Shown here piece by piece: positions 18,927 through 29,700 of a DNA stretch of 64,000 nucleotides. The stretch covers positions 11,735 through 75,734 of IMG/VR virus record IMGVR_UViG_3300045440_000165. One strand, given 5' to 3'. The stretch is from a virus. The stretch's first letter is position 1; every line of letters starts with the position of its first letter. A model generated the notes under the pieces. The model was not told the origin of the DNA and searched no databases. It saw nothing but the letters and a program-made list of their open reading frames with translations. The translations under genes and the position numbers were made by a program.

Positions 18927-19952
18927 ATGATCGTCAGAAGTTTTGCTAATGGTTTTGAGCTACAAGATTGGACACAAGAAGTAAATGTTATCCCTAACAC
19001 ATGGGGTACTATTGGACAACTTGGTATTTTTGATGTAGAGCCTGTAGCCGAGCATACAGTGGTATTTGAAGAAATCATCAAGAACGGCGCATTGATTGTT
19101 GATCGTGTGCGTGGTGATCGTGGTAGCGTAGGTAAGGATGCTGTTCGTAAGCTTCACTCTTTCGCTGTACCTCACTTCCCATATGATGACTACATCTCTC
19201 CAAGTGATTTGCAAGGTAAGCGTGCTTATGGTTCTGCTTCTGATGCCGAAACACTTGAGAATGTCCGTACTCGTAAGATGGAAATCGCTCGCCGTAACCA
19301 TGCTATGACTCTTGAAGCTGCTCGTGCTCAAGCTATCGTTGCTGGCACTGTATATGCTCCAAGTGGCACTGTATCACAAAACTGGTTTACTGAGTTTGGC
19401 AAGACACAAACTTCTGTAGATTTCTTGTTTGGTACATCTACTACCGAAGTTATGGGTAAGATTGAAACTGGCCTTGCTGCAATTCAAGACAATGCTGGTA
19501 GCTCAACGTCTATGTCTGGTGTAGTTGCTTTGTGTTCCCCAACATGGTTTGCTAAGTTGATTTCTCATGCAACTACTAAAACCGCATATTCTTCGTACTC
19601 AAGTATGCAAGAGCCATTGCGCCAACGTCTAGCTGCTGGTGGTAGTGCTACAGTGTTGCGTCGTGAATTCTATCATGGTGGTGTGCTCTTTATCGAAATG
19701 CGTGATGCGTATAACGGTACTCAGTTGATCACTGCAGGTAAAGCTTACATGTTGCCACAAGGTACAGATGCATTTAAGACATACTTCTCTCCAGCAAATC
19801 GCTTTGGCTTGACTAACACATTGGGCGAAGAAGTTTACATGTTTGAACATGCAGATCTACGTGGCACAAAGATTGAGATCGAAACTGAATCTAACTTTGT
19901 TAACGCTTTGCTCCGTCCTGAGTTGGTAATCGAGTTGACAAGCTCTAACTAA
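18927..19952 (+). CDS. major capsid protein (lambda gpE-like)
   Basis: 341 aa; IPNTWG, PHFPYDD, ETESN...RP; strong codon bias. Confidence 0.92.
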   Translation: MIVRSFANGFELQDWTQEVNVIPNTWGTIGQLGIFDVEPVAEHTVVFEEIIKNGALIVDRVRGDRGSVGKDAVRKLHSFAVPHFPYDDYISPSDLQGKRAYGSASDAETLENVRTRKMEIARRNHAMTLEAARAQAIVAGTVYAPSGTVSQNWFTEFGKTQTSVDFLFGTSTTEVMGKIETGLAAIQDNAGSSTSMSGVVALCSPTWFAKLISHATTKTAYSSYSSMQEPLRQRLAAGGSATVLRREFYHGGVLFIEMRDAYNGTQLITAGKAYMLPQGTDAFKTYFSPANRFGLTNTLGEEVYMFEHADLRGTKIEIETESNFVNALLRPELVIELTSSN

Positions 19953-19973
19953 TCTTAATAAGTTAGTAAATTT

Positions 19974-19997
19974 AATAGCCCCTCTTGGGGCTGTTAT
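19974..19997 (+). terminator. hairpin terminator after capsid gene
   Basis: AATAGCCCC-TCTT-GGGGCTGTT. Confidence 0.6.
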
Positions 19998-20051
19998 TTA
20001 AAGCCATTTACAATATCGTAGATAGCTTTAAATAATATCAGGAGAAGTAGA

Positions 20052-20492
20052 ATGGCAAATATTGACCCTACAACAAGTATTGGGAAACTAAGACTACGTT
20101 GTGGCGATTTCATGGACATACCTATAATGCCAGACTCCGTATATCAGTCTGCATTAGATGACAACGATGGCAATCTACCTAGAGCTTCTATTCTGATGGC
20201 TCAGTATATTTTGGCTAGCCTCACATGCCAAGTACGTCAGAAACTGGCTCAAGTGGAAGTGTATGGGGATCAATGGTATTCACAATACTTATCATTTATT
20301 AAAGCAACATTGTTAAATCCTAACTTCATGCAGATAGCCCCAATACCTTATGGCGCTGGTATCACTGTAACACACCCTCTGCAGCAATTTCAAGAGGATT
20401 GGAATAATAATTACTCAAGTGGTACTCAATCGCAAGATATGAATCTATCCGCTATAGGGGGATTTACAGATGGCACAAATTACGGCTATTAA
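20052..20492 (+). CDS. head-tail adaptor/connector
   Basis: Follows MCP; IGKLRLRCGD motif. Confidence 0.7.
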   Translation: MANIDPTTSIGKLRLRCGDFMDIPIMPDSVYQSALDDNDGNLPRASILMAQYILASLTCQVRQKLAQVEVYGDQWYSQYLSFIKATLLNPNFMQIAPIPYGAGITVTHPLQQFQEDWNNNYSSGTQSQDMNLSAIGGFTDGTNYGY

Positions 20493-20880
20493 CCAATTGG
20501 ATAGAGTTGTTACCAATCTGATGAATAGATACGGAGTTGCTGCAAAAGTGTTAGTAGCTGGCAATCCTGTTTATGACCATGATACTCAAACTGTAACTTC
20601 AACAGATGTTGAATATACAATAAATGCTATGTTTTTCGATATGACACGGCAGATGAATGGTATTAGGGATATTGCTAATAGCTTGGTGCAAGAAGGTGAC
20701 AAGCAAGTGTTTATTCAGCCTACAGAAAAAGCTAGTGTTGCATCGGCAGCAATGCCAATCCCGCAAGCCAATAAAGATAAAGTGCAAGTAGGGAACAAGA
20801 TTTACAAGATAGTGACAGTGAAGCAACTAAATACAACAATGGACAATTGTATATTTTACGAATGTTATTGCAGGGAATAA
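20470..20880 (+). CDS. head closure/stopper protein
   Basis: Synteny; YG...VYD...LVQEGDKQV motif. Confidence 0.7.
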   Translation: MAQITAINQLDRVVTNLMNRYGVAAKVLVAGNPVYDHDTQTVTSTDVEYTINAMFFDMTRQMNGIRDIANSLVQEGDKQVFIQPTEKASVASAAMPIPQANKDKVQVGNKIYKIVTVKQLNTTMDNCIFYECYCRE

Positions 20881-20905
20881 CTACTAGCGTAGTATAGTCG
20901 CTAAT

Positions 20906-20934
20906 TTGACAACATTATTTAGCAATGTTATAAT
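20906..20934 (+). promoter_or_regulatory. consensus sigma70 promoter for tail genes
   Basis: TTGACA-17 nt-TATAAT with extended -10 TG. Confidence 0.8.
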
Positions 20935-20952
20935 TCAAGTCAAAAGGGAAAT

Positions 20953-21387
20953 ATGGGATCTTTTACAGCTTCCTTAGAGAAGAATATAAACAAGGCTTTA
21001 GCAGAAGTAAATGACAAGTGTTACATAATTGCATTCGATTTGTTTACTACAGTTGTTTCTCTATCCCCTACTCAACCTTCAGCTAAGTATGCTAAAGGGC
21101 ATTTCATAAATAATTGGTTTTCTGCTGCCAATACTTACAACTTCTCCACCACACCAGCTATTAGCTATGACGGTATGGCTAGTCTTTCTAACATTGCAGC
21201 TTTAAAAGCTACAAGAGTATTTCATGGGAATGATGGCTTTGTTAGCCTAAGCAACTCCCTAAGCTATGCCAGAAATGTAGAGTATGACGGGTGGAAACAA
21301 AGTGAGAATCCAAGCTGGTCTGGCAACGTAGGGCCATATGCTCCTGTGAGAACAGCGTTACTAATGACAGCACCAAAGTATAGGTAG
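20953..21387 (+). CDS. neck/tail completion protein (HK97 gp10-like)
   Basis: Synteny; GHFINNW, NSLSYARNVEY motifs. Confidence 0.7.
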   Translation: MGSFTASLEKNINKALAEVNDKCYIIAFDLFTTVVSLSPTQPSAKYAKGHFINNWFSAANTYNFSTTPAISYDGMASLSNIAALKATRVFHGNDGFVSLSNSLSYARNVEYDGWKQSENPSWSGNVGPYAPVRTALLMTAPKYR

Positions 21388-21396
21388 GAATGGCAT

Positions 21397-21792
21397 ATGA
21401 GTATTAAGACAGAGCTACAAAAGAGGGTAACAGATTTTGCCACTGCTCAAAGCATCCCTGTAGCCTTACCAAATGTTCCTTTCACAAAACCTTCGATTTC
21501 AACAGGTAAGTTTTTAGAAGTAATATTTTTAGGATCTGTAACAATTAATCCAGATATAGGGGCAGTGAGTGAACGAGAAACTGGAGTTATGCAAATTAAT
21601 GTATGCGTTCCTTTGGGGCAGGGTGACGGGATTGGCGATTCATTGGCAGCCAATATTAAAAACCTTTTTCCAGTAGTACCAAAGACAGGGACAGTGAGCA
21701 TAGAACGCCCTGCAAATATAGCACAATCAATTACAAGAGAAGATGGTTGGAGAGTAATCCCTATCAGTATCTCTTATAGACAAGAACGTTAA
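21397..21792 (+). CDS. tail terminator protein
   Basis: PNVPFTKP, GVMQINVCVPLGQG, PISISY motifs. Confidence 0.75.
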   Translation: MSIKTELQKRVTDFATAQSIPVALPNVPFTKPSISTGKFLEVIFLGSVTINPDIGAVSERETGVMQINVCVPLGQGDGIGDSLAANIKNLFPVVPKTGTVSIERPANIAQSITREDGWRVIPISISYRQER

Positions 21793-21814
21793 TTAACTCA
21801 AAAGGAAATGTAAT

Positions 21815-22168
21815 ATGGCAGTTATCACAGAAACAACAGTAACAGGCGTAAATGGCGTAGTTACTCTTGCTAGCACAACACTTGGAGCTAGCGACACATT
21901 GGTGTACTCCTCCGGCACAGGTCAATATTTGGAACTGAGTAATTCCACAGGTGGCTCTCTAACAGCAACTATCACAGGGTCTTCTGCTACTACTATTGCT
22001 CCAGATGGCTTAGGCGGTACAGTTTCTGTTGCTGGCGGCTATGCTATCACAGTAGCTGCAGGTGCTACCAAGATTATTAAACTTGATAAAATTTCAGCAT
22101 ATCTTGCTGGTACTATTACTGTTACAGGTGCAGCAACCTTGACAGCTCGTTTGTTTGCTGCTAAATAA
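21815..22168 (+). CDS. small virion structural protein
   Basis: Thr/Gly-rich, strong RBS, directly before tail tube gene. Confidence 0.7.
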   Translation: MAVITETTVTGVNGVVTLASTTLGASDTLVYSSGTGQYLELSNSTGGSLTATITGSSATTIAPDGLGGTVSVAGGYAITVAAGATKIIKLDKISAYLAGTITVTGAATLTARLFAAK

Positions 22169-22181
22169 TAAGGAATTATAA

Positions 22182-22625
22182 ATGACTACTAACTCTTTTA
22201 CAAGTGCTGGCTCAACTGTATCTATCTCTGCTGGTGTACCTGCAACAATTGACTCTGCTGGCTTTGGCGCTCTTACCTACACAGCTATTGGTGAAATCAC
22301 TAGCGCTGGTGAATTCGGTAAATCTTTTACTCTCGTAACACACAACCCTCTTGGTGATCGTAACACATACAAGAAAAAAGGCTCCTCTAATAACGGTACT
22401 ATGGCTTTGCAAATGGCTCGCGTACCTTCAGATGCAGGTCAAGTATTGTTGCTTGCAGCTCTTGCTTCAGATGCTAACTATGCATTTAAAGTTGTATTGC
22501 AGAATGGTACTATTGAATATTTCCAAGGTGTTGTGATGAAATATACAACTAACATTGGCTCTGTTAATCAAATCACTGCTGCTGCTGTTGATATTGAAAT
22601 TACTGGCGCTATCGTTGAAGTGTAA
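22182..22625 (+). CDS. major tail (tube) protein
   Basis: IGEITSAGEFG, KKKGSSNNG, DAGQ, YFQGVV motifs. Confidence 0.88.
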   Translation: MTTNSFTSAGSTVSISAGVPATIDSAGFGALTYTAIGEITSAGEFGKSFTLVTHNPLGDRNTYKKKGSSNNGTMALQMARVPSDAGQVLLLAALASDANYAFKVVLQNGTIEYFQGVVMKYTTNIGSVNQITAAAVDIEITGAIVEV

Positions 22626-22712
22626 TAACAAGTAGTGTAACGCAAGCGTAGCGTAATCCTAACGGATTGTAACACAAAATGGAAGTGTAGCAAGAGGCAC
22701 TTCCTTAAGTTT

Positions 22713-22746
22713 ATTCGCTATTGCGTATGTATATTCGCTATTCGCA
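22713..22746. repeat. dispersed element copy B, within long hairpin 22700-22789
   Basis: ATTCGCTATTGCGTATGTATATTCGCTATTCGCA; inverted homolog of 1952-1987. Confidence 0.75.
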
Positions 22747-22883
22747 AATAGCATATGCACATATGCAATGGCAAATGAGTTTAAGGAAGGCTTCTAAGAA
22801 TACCACGAAAGCCCTTAAATAGTCAAAGAACTATACTTGGCAGTAAACATTAATAACATATAAAATACTATAGGAACTCTACC

Positions 22884-23282
22884 ATGTTTGATTTAGCATC
22901 ATTAGCACCAAAAGATACATTTGAATTGCAACTTCGTCACCCTGTAACAGAAGAATTGTTATTCGCAGATGAAGGTAAAACTAAACCTGTTGAGATTATT
23001 CTGTGGGGTACTAGCTCCAAAGCATATCGCAAAGCTCTCACCAATATGCAAAACCGTAATCTTAAGCGTAGCGATAAACAACGTACTGCTGAAGTGATGC
23101 GCGAAGAGGGTGTTGAGTTGCTTGTAGCTTGCTCACAAGGCGCTAAAAACCTTGCACTTAATGGCGTAGATATTAGCTCTGCAGATGACTTCCGTAAGTT
23201 GTATAGCGATGATAAATTTGATTGGCTTAAAGCGCAAGTAGATAAAGCTTTGGGTGATGTTTCAAATTTTATTCAAGCGTAA
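22884..23282 (+). CDS. tail assembly chaperone (gpG-like)
   Basis: Between tail tube and TMP; LRHPVT, WLKAQV...SNF. Confidence 0.88.
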   Translation: MFDLASLAPKDTFELQLRHPVTEELLFADEGKTKPVEIILWGTSSKAYRKALTNMQNRNLKRSDKQRTAEVMREEGVELLVACSQGAKNLALNGVDISSADDFRKLYSDDKFDWLKAQVDKALGDVSNFIQA

Positions 23283-23791
23283 CAGATGCATTAGTCTTAA
23301 GGGTACGGCAGTTAGCATGGTATTCTGCCATCCCTGAAGGACAAAAAGAAAGTAGATTAGAGTCTTTTAAGAATAGAATAAAAGCAAGAAGTAATAACCC
23401 AGACTCTAATCCAGACAATTTAGCAGAAGAAGTCCCTCAAGAGGCTCAAGAGATTCCATTACCGGACATTCCGAACGGTGCTGAATATCTTGAGTCTTTT
23501 TTGTTTTCTGCTGGCACTGCTACGCAAACAGGGATGGGATTAGTACCGTTAAGCTGGACAGAGATAAAAGCATGGGCGGATTGTAGTGGATTTGCAGATA
23601 CCGTATCTCCTTGGGAATTAATACTAATAAGAAAACTAAGTGAAGAATATTGTGCAGAATACCATAGAGCCTCAGATGTAAGAAGGCCGGAGCCATATCT
23701 TCCTGTTATAGAAAATGTAGAAGAAGTAAGAGATAAAGTAGCAAATCAATTAGCAAGCATATTTAGCGGCTATAAGAAGATAAAAGGATAA
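22884..23791 (+). CDS. tail assembly chaperone gpGT-like, -1 programmed frameshift
   Basis: Slippery A AAT TTT at 23264-23270; -1 frame is open (YSSVTDALVLRVRQLAWYSAIPEG...) through 23501-23791. Confidence 0.85.
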
Positions 23792-23796
23792 TAGGT

Positions 23797-26700
23797 ATGA
23801 GCATAGATGTATCAACCTTGGCAATTGAGGTACGATCAACAGGCATTAAACAAGCTGCTGAAGAACTAAAGCAAATAGCCACAAGTGGAAAAGCGGCTGA
23901 AGATAGAGTTAAAACACTAACCGAGTCTATTGGCAAACTATCGAAAGTATTTACAGAAGGCGCTGGTACTGCTGCAGCTTTTAAACAAGCTATGCAAGGA
24001 ATAGACACATCTATAGGTGCTCAGGGAGCTTCTATGTCTATGCTTGGTAAGTCTATGAAAGAACTAAACTCTAGCACATCTGTGCTAAATTCTGGCATTA
24101 GCGGGTTGAGTCCTAAAGTGAGAGATAGCAATGTAGCTATCATGAGCAGTGCTAAAGTAATGGACACAGCTCATGCAGCAGCTAGAGGTTTATCTGGCAG
24201 CTTAGGTGCTCTATGGATAACCTACGGAAACTTAGTGCCGATGATGGCAGGTATTGCTGTGGGTGCTTCACTGAAGGGTATTGTAAGTGTAGGTAAGGAA
24301 GTAGAGAATACCCTAGAGAATGTACGTATCATGGGGCAATCTACTACTGAGCAAGTCAATCAGATGCGAGAGGCTATCTACAATTTAGGCACTGGCGTTA
24401 AAGGGCCAAAAGATGTAGCAGAAGCTTTCCAAGTGTTAACCTTGGCAGGTTTGAATGCTAAAGAAGCTATGCAGGGTATTGGTGCAGCTTTAAACTTATC
24501 TATTGTCGGTGGTGTTAGTATTGAGAAAGCTTCAGAGGTATTAGTGCAAGTAGGTACTTCGTTAGGTTATACAGCAGATGGCTTTGCTCACGTAGGTGAT
24601 GTTATTGCTAAAACTGCAGCAGTGTCTATGTCCTCTGTGGCGAGTATTTCTGGCGCTTTTAAATCTGCAGCTTCGGTAGGTGAATTGTACGGAGCTTCAT
24701 TGCAAGATATTGGTGTCAGCTTGGCAACACTATCTAACTTAGGTATCCAAGATACTGCTGCAGGTACTGCGTTGAAAAATTTCTATGGGGATTTATCTAA
24801 GAGCACTGATAAAGTTAGTGTAGCTTTTAAAGCTATGAAAATGTCCTTAGCTGATTTAAAAGATGCTGACGGATATTTCCTTCCTATCGTAGAAGTGGTT
24901 ACAAAGTTGGATAAAGGTCTTAGCAACCTAACTGGCCCTGAGAGACAGAAAGCAATGACCATGCTGTTTCAAGAGCGTGGTGTTAAAGATGCTACAGGGT
25001 TGTTTAAAGCTTTAGATACAGCCTCTACCGAGCTAAATGAAAAAGGTGAGAAGTACGCCACAAAGCTAGAAGAAATCAACGATAGAATCCACAAGAGCTA
25101 CGGCTTTGCAGCACTAGGTGCTATAGCAATGTCCCAAACAACTCAAGGGCAATTGAAAGCTGTAGCCAACACTCTAGAAACGACATTCCTAAAAGCATTC
25201 CAAGAAGTAGAGCCTCAAATTGGAAGTGTAGCACGAGCATTATCTGCAGCGTTTAAATCTGATGAATTTGTTAGCGCTATTAAGAATATTGCAATAGCTG
25301 TAGCCGACCTTACCAAGTGGATAGTTGATCACTACAATTGGATTGAAAAATTAATACTAGCCTATATCTCTTTCAAAGGGATAGGCATGGTTGCGTCTCT
25401 AACGCAAATGGGAGTAGCTTTCGGAGCTACAACAATTGCTGCTAGAGGATTTGCATTAGCGTTAGGGCCGATAGCTGTTGGTATTGCTGCTGTATCTGCC
25501 GCATGGTTGTATTTCTATAATCTTAAGAAAAGTACGGAATCTACTTTTGATGAGAGTTCTGTAAAGGGTTTTGAAGCTCAAGTTGTTGCAATGGAAGAAG
25601 CTAATGCTGCCCTCACAACACAAATTGAGTTGCGCTTGAAAGGTGAGACAGAACAAAGTATTGCTGCAAAAATGGAAGAGAAGCGGCAGCAACAAAGTAT
25701 TAGCAGAGCTAGGGAAGCTTCTGCAGCTAGTGTTAAAATTCTAGAGCTAGAGCTGGAGAAGAAGAAAATAGCATTAAACGATTACGAGCAAGGTAAGTTG
25801 GACAGGCTAAATAAAGGGGAGAAAGTAGGAACTATACCTTCTAAAGTTAAGGCTGTTATCGATGAGGAAAAGAAATTAACCGAAGCACGAGAATTGAATA
25901 TTAACCTCCTCAAAAGATCAGAAGCAGTTCAAGAAGGTATTATAAATAAATCTAAATACTTAGCTGATGAGCAAGACAGGATAGCTAAAGCTGCAAGAAT
26001 TAAAAACACAGGCTCTGACAAGATTCCTACAAAAGACTCAGAAGGGTCTGAGAAAGCTAGTTTCCTCAAAGCTGAAAGATTAAACTTAGAGAAGTTACTA
26101 GAGACATACCGCGAGCGTACCATAGCTGTGCAAGAGTCTGCTGATAGCGAACTTCGGGTAATGGCTAACGTAGAACAAGCGAGGGTTACAGCTAATTTTA
26201 ACAATAACAAATATGCAAGTGAGAGAATTTACCAAGCAGAGTTGGAATTAGCAAAGCTTGTTGATATAGCTAAGTTTGAGCAACAAAAAGCTAACGCAAT
26301 AGCGGAACAAAAGAACAAGATTACTGAAATTATCCGTCGAGAAGAAGCATACCAAAAAGATGCTGAAAACTCTGGAGGCACACGTCTAGGTCTAATAGAG
26401 AAGCAAACTATCGCTTTATTTAGATTCAATGGTGAGTCGGAAGAAAGTATTAAAAAGTGGAGAGAAATGGCAAAAGTCTCTGATGAGATGGTTGCTAGTG
26501 AAGCTGCTCGCGCTAAAATGAAAACAGCTACAGAGAAACTTAATGTAGACACTGGCAGCTTGAAGCAACAAGCCGATGCTCTATTTGAGTTAGGAACAGC
26601 AGGTAAGAAATCTGAATTAGCTATCGCTGAATTGCAAGTTGCTGAAGGTAAGTTTGCTGGTGCAGCAGATGAGTTTATGACTAAGCAATACCTGAAAGCT

Positions 26701-29700
26701 GCAGCGTCTAAAGACTCGGCTAAAGCATATCTGGATGCAGCTAAGATTGCTGGCGAATTGATAGACGAGCAATTAAACAAAGAGCAAGCACTATTGGATG
26801 CTACATTAGGCATCGAGCAAGCTAAAGTGTCTGCTATAGCAAGGTCTAAAAATGCCACCATTGATTTAGCTATGAAGGGGATAGAAGCGGAGATAGCTTA
26901 CAATAATGCTTTTGAAATATCTTCCACGTCTCAGATTGAGCAACTAAATAAACTGGCAGATTTAAAAGAGAAGTTTGCTGTAAAAACTTCTGAAAATTTC
27001 AAGATAGCAGGTTTAGAAGATACTGGCACAGTGCTTGAAAAGATGAGTAAATCTGTAGGTAACTTAGGTAACTCTTTCTCAGGTGCTGGCAAAGCATTAA
27101 AAGGTTTTGCAGAATCTTTTAAAGATATGGCTGCGATTGAAAAACAGACAGCTAAAGATGGTAATAAGAACTTAGAGGGTAGGGTAGCTGTCTACGGCAA
27201 TATGGCGGGAGCTGCTAAGAATTTCTTTAAAGAAAATACTACAGGATATAAACTACTCCACAGCCTAGAGACAGGGCTGCATGTATTCCAAATGGCTATG
27301 CAAGCTGAAAAACTTGTAACTAGCTTAACGACTACAGCAGCCATAACAACAGCAGAAGTGGCAAGTCAGGGGGTAGTAACTGCTGCAGTAACCACAGGGG
27401 AGACAGCGAGGAATGCTGCCAAAGTTCCCGGAGTATTTATGTCTTTTCTATCATCCCTTGGCCCTTGGGGTATGGCTGCTGCTGCTATTGCTATTGGCGC
27501 TGTTTTGGGAGGTGCATTTAGCGGAGGTGGTGCTAGTGTGGATGTGGCAAAACAACGCCAAGAAACTCAAAGCACAGGAACAGTATTAGGAGATGATACA
27601 GCTAAATCCGAATCTATTGTTAATTCCTTAGACAAGCTGGTAAGCGACTCTAACATAGCTTTATCCCACTCTTCGAATATGCTAGTAGAGTTACGTAGCA
27701 TCCGTGATGGTATTTCTGGTATGGCTTCATTTGTATCTCAATCGTCAGGGTTACGTGGCACAGCGGCTGACGAAAGATCTGCTGGTGTTGGAAGCTCTAG
27801 AACATTCTTAGGGTTTTCTTCTAGTTCCAGAGAGTTAGTAGATTCTGGTATTGTCTTTGATAAGGTAACAACAGAAGCTAATAGCCTTGTCAACAAAGCT
27901 ATAATGGAGAAGTATAAAAAATCTATAGAAGAGTTTAATGCTAACATAGCAAAGTCAAGCGATGAAGAATCTCAGTATGCATACATCTATGCCCCACAGA
28001 AACCCGAGTTACAGAAGTCTTCTCAAACTGTAGGCAGTGTAATGGATCAAGGTGTATCCGCTCGTGGGTATCAAGATATTTACGAAAAGAAATCATCATT
28101 TTTTGGATTGTTTAATAGCTCTTCTAATAAAACTGAATTCTCAGATTTGAAACAAGGGTTGAAAGACCAATTTGGAAAAACTGTATCTTCCATGTTTTCT
28201 TCCATTGTTGAAGCTGCAGCTTTCTTAGGTAAAGACAAAGGTGTGATGTCTGAAGCATTGAAGTCTATTTCATTCGAGCAAGCAGGATTGGATAAGATTA
28301 GTCTTAAAGGGTTATCTGGTGCTGATATAGAAAGAGAATTGCAATCTGCATTTAGTATGCTCGGTGATAAGATGGCAGAAGTAGCAATGCCTGCAATAGC
28401 ACAATTCCAGAAAGTTGGAGAAGGATTATTCCAAACTTTAGTAAGAGTGTCAAGTGGTGTTGAGTCAGCTAGATTTGAGTTAGATAAGTTGAATATTGCT
28501 TCTATCGATTACACAGATATTATCAACAAGCAAGGTGATACATCGACAGAGATAGTTAGAGACAGTATTATTGCATTTGAAAGAATGAATAACTCTGCTG
28601 AAGGTATTAGCAATATTATTAGAACTATGGATGGAGTTGCGCAAGATCTAGCATCAACTTATAAAGATCTATCAGTTGTTAGAGAAATGATGAATTCTAA
28701 CGGGCTGAATGGTAATACATTATCTAGTGCCACTATCTGGGGTGCTGGCGGTATTGATAACCTTAAATCTGGAATTCAAGATTATTTCAAGGGATTCTTT
28801 ACAGATGTAGAACAGAATGCTTCTAAGCTATCGGCACTAACTAAAGAGTTTAACAGCATGGGTTTATCTATCCCTGCAACTAAAGCTGAGTTTAAGTCTT
28901 TAATACAATCTTTAGATAACGGCTCAGAGAGTGGCAGCAAAATGGTAGGTAAGTTGTTAAGTATGTCTGGAGCGTTTGCTGATGTCTCTGATGCAATAGA
29001 TGCAGCTACTAAGGTGGCAACTGAAGCAGCTAAAGAAGCGGCAGATGCAGCAGCTAAAGCTAAAGAGGAAACATTAAAGCTTGCGCAAGATGGTGTTAAT
29101 GATGCTTTGTCTGTATTAACTAAATCGGTTAATGCTCAAAAGAAAGCTGTGCAAGATAAGGCAGCGTTAGACAAAGCAGCAGCGCAAGTGCAGCTTAAAG
29201 ATGCTACAGATTTGTTATCTTCATTAACAGGTATTTCTAACATCTTCAAAACTAGCTTGGCTGCATTAGATCCAATGTCAAGAAAGAGTGCTCAAGATTT
29301 GCTTAACTCTGCATTGTCAGTTTCTAATGGTGGTGGGGATATTTCTAAGATTAAAGGATTACAAGATGCTGTATCTGCAGTAGGTAAGCCAAGTGAACAG
29401 ATGTTTGCAAGCTTATTTGATTTCCAGAAAGATCAGCAGCAAACTATTAACACTATTACTAGCCTGAAAGCTAATACTGACAAGCAAGTTTCAGAACAAC
29501 AATTGACAGTAAATGCTATCAATGATACAATAAAGGCTATTGAAGATAGCACAACAAAAGAATTGGCAAGACTGGATGGTATTGTTTCTTCAGCTCAAGC
29601 TCAAATCGATGCTATCAATGGTGTTACTAACGCTGTCCTCACTGTGCAAGAAGCTTTATTTAATCTGGCGGATGCTTTGGGAGTGTTAAAAGCAGCTAAA

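Noticed and set aside
25929-26861. Antisense ORFs inside TMP and other long genes (e.g. 16071-16490, 17834-18151, 32528-32929)
   Set aside because: Shadows of codon bias on the coding strand, no RBS or motifs
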